Assembly: GCA_964016885.1 (NCBI GenBank)
Contig: OZ024743.1
Location: 366,730,001-366,794,000 of the forward strand
DNA length: 64,000 nt
Reading direction: 5' to 3'
DNA from: Eledone cirrhosa
Lineage: Eukaryota
Each line of letters starts with the position of its first letter. The first letter of the stretch is position 1. This document shows positions 34,101 through 44,041 of the stretch, piece by piece. Below the pieces are notes generated by a model. It saw only the letters and a program-made list of their open reading frames with translations, was not told the origin of the DNA and made no database searches. The translations under genes and the position numbers were made by a program.

Positions 34101-36103
34101 ACCACTACTACTACCGTTACTACAACTTCCACCGTTACCACTACTACTACCATTACTACAACTTCCACCGTTACCACTACTACTACCGTTACTACAACTT
34201 CCACCGTTACCACTACTACTACCATTACTACAACTTCCACCGTTACCACTACTACTACCATTACTACAACTTCCACCGTTACCACTACTACTACCGTTAC
34301 TACAACTTCCACCGTTACCACTACTACTACCATTACTACAACTCCCACCGTTACCACTACTACTACCGTTACTACAACTTCCACCGTTACCACTACTACT
34401 ACCATTACTACAACTTCCACCGTTACCACTACTACTACCGTTACTACAACTTCCACCGTTACCACTACTACTACCATTACTACAACTTCCACCGTTACCA
34501 CTACTACTACCGTTACTACAACTCCCACCATTACCACTACTACTACCGTTACCACTACTACTACCATTACTACAACTTCCACCGTTACCACTACTACTAC
34601 CATTAATACAACTTCCACGATTACCACTACTACTACCGTTACTACAACTCCCACCGTTACCACTACTACTACCATTACTACAACTCCCACCGTTACTACA
34701 ACTTCCACCGTTACCACTACTACTACCATTACTACAACTTCCACCGTTACCACTACTACTACCGTTACTACAACTCCCACCATTACCACTACTACTACCG
34801 TTACTACAACTCCCACCATTACCACTACTACTACCGTTACTACAACTTCCACCGTTACCACTACTACTACCATTACTACAACTTCCACGATTACCACTAC
34901 TACTACCGTTACTACAACTTCCACCGTTACCACTACTACTACCATTACTACAACTCCCACCGTTACCACTACTACTACCGTTACTACAACTCCCACCATT
35001 ACCACTACTACTACCGTTACTACAACTTCCACCGTTACCACTACTACTACCATTACTACAACTTCCACGATTACCACTACTACTACCGTTACTACAACTT
35101 CCACCATTACCACTACTACTACCGTTACTACAACTTCCACCGTTACCACTACTACTACCATTACTACAACTCCCACCGTTACCACTACTACTACCGTTAC
35201 TACAACTCCCACCGTTACCACTACTACTACCATTACTACAACTTCCACCGTTACCACTACTACTACCATTACTACAACTCCCACCATTACCACTACTACT
35301 ACCATTACTACAACTTCCACCGTTACCACTACTACTACCATTACTACAACTTCCACCATTACCACTACTACTACCATTACTACAACTCCCACCATTACCA
35401 CTACTACTACCATTACTACAACTTCCACCATTACCACTACTACTACCATTACTACAACTTCCACCGTTACCACTACTACTACCATTACTACAACTCCCAC
35501 CATTACCACTACTACTACCATTACTACAACTCCCACCATTACCACTACTACTACCGTTACTACAACTTCCACCGTTACCACTACTACTACCATTACTACA
35601 ACTTCCACGATTACCACTACTACTACCGTTACTACAACTTCCACCGTTACCACTACTACTACCGTTACCACTACTACTACCGTTACTACAACTCCCACCG
35701 TTACCACTACTACTACCATTACTACAACTTCCACCGTTACCACTACTACTACCGTTACCACTACTACTACCGTTACTACAACTTCCACCGTTACCACTAC
35801 TACTACCATTACTACAACTCCCACCGTTACCACTACTACTACCATTACTACAACTCCCACCGTTACCACTACTACTACCGTTACTACAACTTCCACCGTT
35901 ACCACTACTACTACCATTACTACAACTCCCACCGTTACCACTACTACTACCATTACTACAACTTCCACCGTTACCACTACTACTACCATTACTACAACTC
36001 CCACCGTTACCACTACTACTACCATTACTACAATTTCCACGATTACCACTACTACTACCGTTACTACAACTTCCACCGTTACCACTACTACTACCATTAC
36101 TAC
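11433..36103 (+). CDS. Hypothetical mucin-like Thr/Pro/Ser (PTS) repeat ORF; longest indel-free stretch of the Thr register, which ends at TAG 37412-37414 after a 1-nt indel near 36103
   Basis: About 8,200 stop-free codons of TTTTT[I/V]TTT[P/S/T]T[I/V]; the stop sits exactly at the array end. No start or signal peptide is in the window, and openness is expected from the repeat composition. Confidence 0.25.
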
Positions 36104-37444
36104 ACTCCCACCGTTACCACTACTACTACCGTTACCACTACTACTACCATTACTACAACTTCCACGATTACCACTACTACTACCGTTACTACAACTCCCA
36201 CCGTTACCACTACTACTACCATTACTACAACACCCACCATTACCACTACTACTACCATTACTACAACTTCCACCGTTACCACTACTACTCCCATTACTAC
36301 AACTTCCACCATTACTACAACACCCACCATTACCACTACCGTTACTACAACTCCCACCATTACCACTACTACTACCATTACTACAACTCCCACCATTACC
36401 ACTACTACTACCATTACTACAACTCCCACCATTACCACTACTACTACCATTACTACAACTTCCACCGTTACCACTACTACTACCATTACTACAACTTCCA
36501 CCGTTACCACTACTACTCCCATTACTACAACTTCCACGATTACCACTACTACTACCGTTACTACAACTTCCACCATTACCACTACTACTACCACTACTAC
36601 AACTTCCACCGTTACCACTACTACTACCATTACTACAACTTCCACGATTACCACTACTACTACCGTTACTACAACTCCCACCGTTACCACTACTACTACC
36701 ATTACTACAACTTCCACCATTACCACTACTACTCCCATTACTACAACTTCCACCATTACCACTACTACTACCATTACTACAACTTCCACCATTACCACTA
36801 CTACTACCATTACTACAACACCCACTATTACCACTACTACTACCGTTACTACAACTTCCACCATTACCACTACTACTACCGTTACTACAACTTCCACCGT
36901 TACCACTACTACTACCATTACTACAACTTCCACCGTTACCACTACTACTACCATTACTACAACTTCCACCGTTACCACTACTACTACCATTACTACAACT
37001 TCCACCATTACCACTACTACTACCATTACTACAACTTCCACCATTACCACTACTACTACCATTACTACAACTTCCACCGTTACCACTACTACTACCATTA
37101 CTACAACTCCCACCATTACCACTACTACTACCATTACTACAACTTCCACCATTACCACTACTACTCCCATTACTACAACTTCCACCATTACCACTACTAC
37201 TACCATTACTACAACTTCCACCATTACCACTACTACTACCACTACTACAACTTCCACCATTACCACTACTACTCCCATTACTACAACTCCCACCATTACC
37301 ACTACTACTACCATTACTACAACTCCCACCATTACCACTACTACTACCATTACTACAACTCCCACCATTACCACTACTACTACCATTACTACAACTCCCA
37401 CCATTACCACTTAGGCCACAATCTTCCATCTGTTCCCTGTACAT
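11433..37444 (-). CDS. Hypothetical Gly/Ser/Asn/Cys repeat ORF (GGSCSNGSSSGN)n, entered from unique sequence MYREQMEDCGLS; one 1-nt indel near 36103
   Basis: The commonest unit variants are synonymous in this frame (GGN, AAY, AGY), and the frame is open from ATG 37444/37429 into the array. No independent evidence of expression. Confidence 0.25.
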
Positions 37445-37613
37445 ATTACTAATATGTCAAAGTCATGCCAGAATGGAAAGCAGTTGTAAAATAATCATCA
37501 TCATTATCATCATAAATATCAACATACATTTTTTTTTTCTCTATCTTAGTTTTATCAAAATATTGTAATTAAGCGGTCACTAATACAAACTAGGGACATT
37601 GGTTGCTGTATTT

Positions 37614-37823
37614 ATAATAATAATAATGAAATTATTGTGTACAGTGCTCAGGTGCACTACAACTCATCAAAGGTGCATGTATAGTACATAGAATAATGTA
37701 CAAATGTCAGGAAAATGAACAATGTATGAGTCATGATATAATAATAATAACAATAATGAAATATTGTGTACAGTGCCCAGGTGCACCACAACTCATCAAA
37801 AAAGTCACATGTACAATACATAG
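37614..37823. repeat. Two diverged ~80-bp direct repeats with (AAT)n heads, probably 3' ends of a retroposon on the minus strand
   Basis: AATAATGAAAT(T)ATTGTGTACAGTGC[T/C]CAGGTGCAC[T/C]ACAACTCATCAAA...TACATAG at 37614-37691 and 37741-37823. Confidence 0.7.
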
Positions 37824-38602
37824 TTGTTATGTTATTAGGTTGTTATTATGTTGCTGTATTGCAATTGTCATTGTTTATCCCTAGGCTAGCCTTGATGAAG
37901 CAGACTTAGGATCAAAGTGGCTCTAAGTGTGACCATCTCAGCTTTTATTCAGACATAATGGTAGAGTGTGATTTAAAGGAGATCTATTGATTCTATTAGT
38001 TCAAGTAACCACAAAGAGTCTCCCCCATTAGCTAGGTTATCTTGTTATTATTTGTGGGTGTTGAAATTATGGTTGTGCTGTTGAGAAGTCTCAGTCAACT
38101 CTTCACTCCTTATGGAAGTAGTAGTAAAATAAAGTGGGTTACATGTATGGTATATCAAGTATTTAAGATATTCTAGGTGTCTAGTATTTGATCAGTAGTC
38201 AAGTCATAGCTGGCATATTCATACTGAGTTAAGCTGCATTATTATTTTGGACTTAAAACACCAAGTACATTTTACAAATTGTCAAGAAATCCAGTAAATA
38301 AGATTTAGTTGGTACATTAAACAAACAAAAGATTTACAGAGTAATTCAGTTAACTGAAAGTATCATTTCAGTCATCCATGGTTGTTTATTTACAGAGTAA
38401 TATTTGTTTCCCTTTTCGTATAGTTACTGTGTATTTACTTGTTTATATTACAAATACTGTATTGGTTTTAGGTTTTAAACTGATAATAAATAATAATAAT
38501 AATGAATTTCAACGTTTTATCTTTTTCTAATATTGGGAGTGAAATTACCAGGAAGGAAATTGACTGGCTACCATATAATAATATATTCAATCATTATAAG
38601 TA

Positions 38603-38772
38603 TCGGTAGAGGGTCGGACGCCATGCTTTCCAGCATAGTTACGTCCCTTTACGATCTGAGTTCAAATCCCGCCGAGGTTGACTTTGCCTTTCATCCTTAC
38701 GGGGTCGATAAAATAAAGTACCAGTAATGCACTGGGTAATTGTTGGCCTTGTGCCTAAAGTAGAAACAATTA
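38603..38772 (+). mobile_element. tRNA-derived SINE (partial)
   Basis: B-box-like GAGTTCAAATCC followed by GACTTTGCCTTTCATCCTTACGGGGTCGATAAAATAAAGTACCAG, resembling conserved metazoan SINE cores. Confidence 0.75.
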
Positions 38773-38779
38773 TATTTAC

Positions 38780-39060
38780 AGGCCTGTCTGAAGAGGAATA
38801 GCAGTAATACTCCTGACCTTTGCAGCCCCGCTCAAACTAGTGAGACTGATGCAGTCAGTGTTCAGCTTGAACATAGGTAGCTCAATATCTGCAGGAAATA
38901 AATGTGGGTGAGGAGAGGAATTCCAGAAGGCTGCAGTTCTGGTGAGGAATGGGAGGAAGAAAGTATTTAATGCAGAAGCTAAAAAATGAGATGCAGTTGA
39001 GATGAGAAGAGAGGAGCTGAGTAGTTAGAATGAGTAAGACTTCTCATTCAGAGAAGCATA
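38780..39060 (-). mobile_element. 3' remnant of a CR1/Jockey-group LINE
   Basis: Minus-strand translation FLTRTAAFWNSSPHPHLFPADIELPMFKLN resembles the ORF2 C-terminal motif F.PRT...WNSLP...FP...L..FK. Confidence 0.55.
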
Positions 39061-39616
39061 AGATGTTGTTCTTGTTGAGAGAGAGAGAGAGAGAGAGAGA
39101 GCGAGCACATCCATAAGTTGAAAATTGAAATACTTTGCTTAGAGAATCATTATCAATGAATAGAATAGCTTTATTATATGTTGTGTAGGATGTTTGTATA
39201 TGTAACACCAAAACCATATATGGAAAAAGAGGTGAAGTTAACAGCTCAAATAAGTTTTCTATCAATGTTTACTCCATAACATTTATGTTGAATCAACTCC
39301 TACTTTAAATAACAATTAAGTTAAAGTGTATACCCAGCAAATTATAACACCATTTCAAGTTTTAAAAATTACAAGAACCACCTGTTTTAAAGTAATGGTC
39401 CAATTTACATCTATACTTATGATCCCAACAACACACAATATATTGAACTCAGGTCATCCCCAATACCAGCTTTTGTAATTATTCAGGACACATTTTATAT
39501 AAATATTACAGAATCCATGTTGAAATGCTAGTCATTGCTCTATTAACAAATGAAAAAAAAAGTTGGAATCAATAGAAAATAGATTATATTAGAAGTTGAA
39601 AGTTAGAAATACAAAC

Positions 39617-39681
39617 CAGCTCTGATGAAACCTCCAATGACTCACATAACCGGCTAAGTCTTTTGAAAGCAAGATGGCAAA
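39617..39681 (-). CDS. RB1: RB1-like exon (65 nt, phase 1 to 0), pocket B: (V)CHLAFKRLSRLCESLEVSSEL
   Basis: Acceptor tttttattttcag|TT, probable donor CTG|gtttgt; matches VYRLAYLRLNTLCERL...EL. Confidence 0.85.
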
Positions 39682-40568
39682 CTGAAAATAAAAATATTGT
39701 TTTCTTACATATTGGCAGAAGGCCATAAAGTTGTATGAAAATACATAATCAATTAAATCAATTCTCAGCTTATGACAGGCACATTCCCTTATTGATCTAC
39801 AGAGAGATAAAAGGAAAAGATGAAATCAACTCTCATAGATTTTTAAATTATACACAAGACATTTTACCTAGTGCCCTACCAATTTCACCACTATGTGACC
39901 CTTGGAAATAGATATATTGAAGTGAGTTATAGAACTTATCATGTGTGGTGGTAGTGTGGTTTATATAACAGAACTACAGTTAATATAATAGGTCATTTAT
40001 TCAATAATAATAACTGCATAAAATCTGCAAGATGAATAACTTTACATGTCTGATAGGACTGATTATTAGTAAATACTTATATATATATCTACAGGAGAAA
40101 ATATATTCAGAGAAAGTCTTAGAGGACTTGCAAGGTCTTGGCCAGTTTTTTCTTCACTGATTGTCAAACTGCTTGAAACTGCTCCTGGTTTTACAATACT
40201 AAACTGTTTATCATCATCATCATCATCATCAACGTTTAACGTCCGTGTTCCACGCTTGCATGGGTTTGGACGGGGGTAGTCCCACTTGAGGCAAGAGTGA
40301 TTGTCTTGCTCGCATAGGACTGTCTGGCAGGTTTTCTACAGTTGGATGCCCTTCCTAACACCAACCACATTTACAGTGTGGGTCTGGGAGGTTTTTACCG
40401 TGTTGCCTACACGGCCACATTACAGCGTGGACTGTGTGTTTTTTTGTCGTGACACCTACACGATCTCATTTGTTTCGGCCCGGATGGCGCGGCACCAACA
40501 TAACTTTACATAGGACGGGGTGGTGTGGATGGGGTGGGGGTGGTGGTGGTGGGACGGGGTGTATTTTG

Positions 40569-43500
40569 TTAGAGATGCCTACTGGCAAGGCGGGTCTTCT
40601 CTGTTACTGAGTACCGCCAAAGGTCTCGGTCCAGTGACATTGTCTTGGAGAGGTGTAAGTGTGTGAGGTCGGAGTTTATCAGCTCGTCCCAGGTTTTTCT
40701 AGGTCTGCCTATTCCGTGGCTACCGTCTATCTTTATTGCCCTGCACTTTGTTATACAGCTATCGACTTTCATGCGCATCACGTGTCCATACCAACGTAGC
40801 CTTCTCTCGAGTAAACAACATCTGATCCCTCTTATCTCTAATTTTTTCCTTAGTTCGTTTATGCTTTGCCGTTCACGTATATTACTGTTACACATCCAGC
40901 GGAGCATGCAAGCTTCGTTCCTCTCTAGTCTGCGTATATCCTCTGCACACAATGCCCAGGTCTCACTGCCATGCAACATTGCTGTTCGTATGCAGGCATC
41001 GTACAACCTGCCTTTCATTTTTAGGGAGAACCCTTTAGCAGCTAATAGTGGTATAAGCTCTCTGAACTTTTTCCAACCAGTTCTGACTCTAGCTACAGTA
41101 CTTTCAGAGCACCCTCCCCCACTGCTGATTTTATCGCCCAGGTAACGGAAGCTGTCCACTATTTCTATAGAACCCTCTGCGCAATTGAAAGAGCTAGTAT
41201 TGTGTGGGCACTTGCTGCTACTTATTGCACCAGAACACCGGCCACATGTAAAATCTATGTTCTTAGTTAGCTTACCTGTGATCCCACTACATCTTTTATG
41301 CACCCATACTTTGCATTTAGGACACAAAATGGAGTTTCTACCTACGCCTTTCCTACACACCGAGCACGACCATTTCCCAGAAGGGACCGCCGCCTTGTTT
41401 TCTTTCCTACAAACTAGAACTTTGGTCTTAGCCAGGTTAATTTTAAGTCCTTTTGACTCTAGGCCGTGCTTCCATGTTTGGAATTTCTTCTCTAGCTCGG
41501 CCATTGATTCCGCTATGAGTGTCAGGTCGTCTGCGTATAGGAGTTCCCATGGGCAGCCTGTCTTGAACTCCTCTGTTATAGCCTGAAGGGCAATAATAAA
41601 TAGTAGGGGGCTGAGAACAGAGCCCTGATGGACGCCAACTTTTACGCTAAACTCTTCACTATATTCGTTGTTAATTCTAACCTTGCTGACTGTTTCTTTA
41701 TACATGGCTTGTATAGCCCTCACAAGCCATTCGTCAACGCCTAGTTTTCTAAGAGCCCACCAGATAATGGAGCGGGGGACTCTGTCGAAGGCTTTCTCCA
41801 AGTCGACAAAAGCTAAGTAGAGGGGTTTACCTTTAGCTAGGTACTTCTCCTGTAGTTGTCGTACTATGAAAAGAGCGTCTGTGGTACTTTTGCCTGACAC
41901 AAACCCGAACTGCATTTCATCTAGGTCAATTCTCTCTCTGATTAGTTGCGCTATTACTTTTTCTGTGACCTTCATGACCTGGTCGATTAATTTAATGCCT
42001 CTATAGTTACTCCTATCTAGGGCGTCTCCTTTACCCTTATAACAGTTAACGATGATGCTGCTATGCCAGTCCTTCGGAACAGCCCCATTCTGTACGACTT
42101 GGTTAACTATGCGGGTGACCATGGTGTATCCCACCGTGCCAGATGCCTTCAGCATCTCAGCAACTATTTCCGAAGGCCCAGCCGCCTTACCTGTCTTCAT
42201 ATCCTTGATTGCCTTACTTATTATACTCCCCTCGACTAACACTGCTGGTCCCTCTATTGGGTCGACATGGGGGAGACTGTCTTTCTCCCATTTATTCTCC
42301 TCATTTAGTAGCCTTTCATAGTGACACTTCCAAGCTGCCTTCTTATCAGTGTCGGTGATGGCAAGTATGCCATCATCGTTAAGTACACACTTCTCCCCGA
42401 CAATATCACGGTTTTCCTTGACGCATTGCCTAGCAATCCTGAACACCTCACGTTTTTGGTCATCGCGTTGTAGGACATGCTTGAACTTTCTTTCCTCAGC
42501 TTCCCTTCTTGCTAAGTACACTTCTCTCCTAGCTTCCCTCCTGGCCACTTGATAGTCTACTCTACTTCCCCCATCCCGCCATACTTTCCAAGCCTGCTTT
42601 TTGGCCTTAATTGACTCCTCCACCTTACTGTTCCACCACCATGTTACTCTCCTCCTGCCTACAGGCCTGCTCCAGCCACAGACTTCGTCTGTGGCCAACA
42701 GCAGGTTTGCTTTCAGAAATTCCCACTGTCCCTCTATATTGTCCGACTCTAAGTGTTCTTCCTTACTGTCGAAAGCATCAAGTAATATGTTTTGAAATTT
42801 ATTTTTGGCTGTGGGGTCCTTTAGCTTCCATATTTTTCTCCTGAGGATAGTCCTCTTCTGCTGTCGAGTACGTCTCGACCTGACTATGAGGTCGCTAATT
42901 ATCAGTCTATGTTGGGAGGTGCATTCTTCATGGGGGAGGGATTTAGTGTTTACAACAGACACTCTGTCACGTCTTCTGGTAAGGATATAATCTACCTGGC
43001 TTGTGTGTTCCCCGGATCTATAGGTGATCAGGTGATTGTCACGTTTTTTGAAGTTAGTGTTACAGATAGTTAGGTTATTTGCATCACAGAATTCCAGGAT
43101 TCTGGAGCCTTCCTCATTTCTAGTACCAAACCCATAGCCTCCATGGATTTCGTCGTAGCCGTCACAATGTTGCCCAACGTGACCATTTAGGTCGCCTGCA
43201 ATAATTATATAGTCACTGTCAGATATTTGGGAGGTAGTGAGCATCAGTGTCTCATAGAATCTGTCTTTTATAGTGCCGGGCAGTCCGGATTGGGGTGCAT
43301 ACGCAGATATTACTGTCACCGTAGTTCTATTGAGGACAAGTCGTATTTTAATTATTCTGTCGTTCACTCTATTTACGTCTATTATCTTATCCGCCCACTT
43401 TTCTGCTACCATGATTCCTACTCCACCCAGCCCATCGTCGTTTCCCACCCAGAAAAGCTTATAACATCGTTTTTTACCCTCAATGAATCTAGCAGACCCA

Positions 43501-43847
43501 CCCCTCCACCTGGTCTCTTGAATACAACAAACATCGACCTCCTTACGTTCAAGCATTTCTACAACCTCGTTAGCGCGCCCCTTTAGGGTGCCTACATTTA
43601 TGGTACCAACTCTGAAGTTTTGGATCGCGTTTGGAGGGTGGGGGTGGTGTGGGGCGGGGGGAGATGGGGTTATGTTAGCCATCCGCGGGCGAAACAAAGA
43701 AGAGTGCTCGCATTCTCGTCCACGAGGTGAATTTGACTTTAGCATTGGCATTTTCGCTCTGAGCGTCCAGATTTTTCTCTCCCCTCCACTCTCCAGGATT
43801 CCGCAGTCCGTCCATCCATCCATCATATATCGAAGGCAACCGTGCAA
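40569..43847 (-). CDS. RTE ORF: APE endonuclease plus reverse transcriptase with an inserted PHD finger (true start probably an internal ATG)
   Basis: EN motifs INVGTL, CIQETRW, AYAPQ, AGDLNGH, VDYIL, SQH. RT motifs FVDLEKAFDRV, GVHQGSVLSPLLF, YADD, FRYLG. RTE C-terminus RRLRWYGHVMR...GRPRKTW. No stops or frameshifts. Confidence 0.95.
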   Translation of the reverse strand: MHGCLRYMMDGWTDCGILESGGERKIWTLRAKMPMLKSNSPRGRECEHSSLFRPRMANITPSPPAPHHPHPPNAIQNFRVGTINVGTLKGRANEVVEMLERKEVDVCCIQETRWRGGSARFIEGKKRCYKLFWVGNDDGLGGVGIMVAEKWADKIIDVNRVNDRIIKIRLVLNRTTVTVISAYAPQSGLPGTIKDRFYETLMLTTSQISDSDYIIIAGDLNGHVGQHCDGYDEIHGGYGFGTRNEEGSRILEFCDANNLTICNTNFKKRDNHLITYRSGEHTSQVDYILTRRRDRVSVVNTKSLPHEECTSQHRLIISDLIVRSRRTRQQKRTILRRKIWKLKDPTAKNKFQNILLDAFDSKEEHLESDNIEGQWEFLKANLLLATDEVCGWSRPVGRRRVTWWWNSKVEESIKAKKQAWKVWRDGGSRVDYQVARREARREVYLARREAEERKFKHVLQRDDQKREVFRIARQCVKENRDIVGEKCVLNDDGILAITDTDKKAAWKCHYERLLNEENKWEKDSLPHVDPIEGPAVLVEGSIISKAIKDMKTGKAAGPSEIVAEMLKASGTVGYTMVTRIVNQVVQNGAVPKDWHSSIIVNCYKGKGDALDRSNYRGIKLIDQVMKVTEKVIAQLIRERIDLDEMQFGFVSGKSTTDALFIVRQLQEKYLAKGKPLYLAFVDLEKAFDRVPRSIIWWALRKLGVDEWLVRAIQAMYKETVSKVRINNEYSEEFSVKVGVHQGSVLSPLLFIIALQAITEEFKTGCPWELLYADDLTLIAESMAELEKKFQTWKHGLESKGLKINLAKTKVLVCRKENKAAVPSGKWSCSVCRKGVGRNSILCPKCKVWVHKRCSGITGKLTKNIDFTCGRCSGAISSSKCPHNTSSFNCAEGSIEIVDSFRYLGDKISSGGGCSESTVARVRTGWKKFRELIPLLAAKGFSLKMKGRLYDACIRTAMLHGSETWALCAEDIRRLERNEACMLRWMCNSNIRERQSINELRKKLEIRGIRCCLLERRLRWYGHVMRMKVDSCITKCRAIKIDGSHGIGRPRKTWDELINSDLTHLHLSKTMSLDRDLWRYSVTEKTRLASRHL

Positions 43848-44041
43848 GCGATAGTATAGGCCTCTGGCTTATGATTGGTCCGCGTAATAATAATAATGGT
43901 GATGCGTGTGGGGGGGGGGGGGGGTCTCTGGCTTATAGTAATAATGGTGATGCGTGTGGGGGGGGGGTCTCTGGCTTATGATTGGTCCACGTATTAAGAA
44001 TGGTGGTGTGTGGGGGCGGGTGGGAGGGATGTGGGGTAGCT

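Larger units (their letters stand above)
1..37411. repeat. Giant tandem array of 36-bp units (two related 18-bp halves: ACCACTACTACTACCRTT + ACTACAACT[CCC/TCC/ACC]ACCRTT), about 1,040 units, open at the left window edge
   Basis: Directly visible. The period is 12 codons in every translated frame (TTTTTITTTPTV / PLLLPLLQLPPL / GGSCSNGSSSGN). It ends abruptly at ...ACCATTACCACT|TAGGCC (37411). The + strand is almost G-free. Confidence 0.98.

Noticed and set aside
2547-37410. Poly-Val minus-strand ORFs
   Set aside because: Shadow frame with an implausible composition, broken by TGA at 27443 and 29153; five of six frames are open from the consensus alone.
1-37411. Telomeric repeat interpretation of the strand-skewed array
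   Set aside because: No TTAGGG-type unit; 36-bp complex period; the locus is apparently intronic.
37656-37666. CACTACAACTC near the array as a possible seed of the 36-bp unit
   Set aside because: Only about 10 bp of low-complexity match inside an unrelated repeat; chance is sufficient.
40645-43854. Short ORFs antisense to the RTE ORF (also 53566-55767)
   Set aside because: Antisense shadows of the LINE coding sequence, with no independent motifs.
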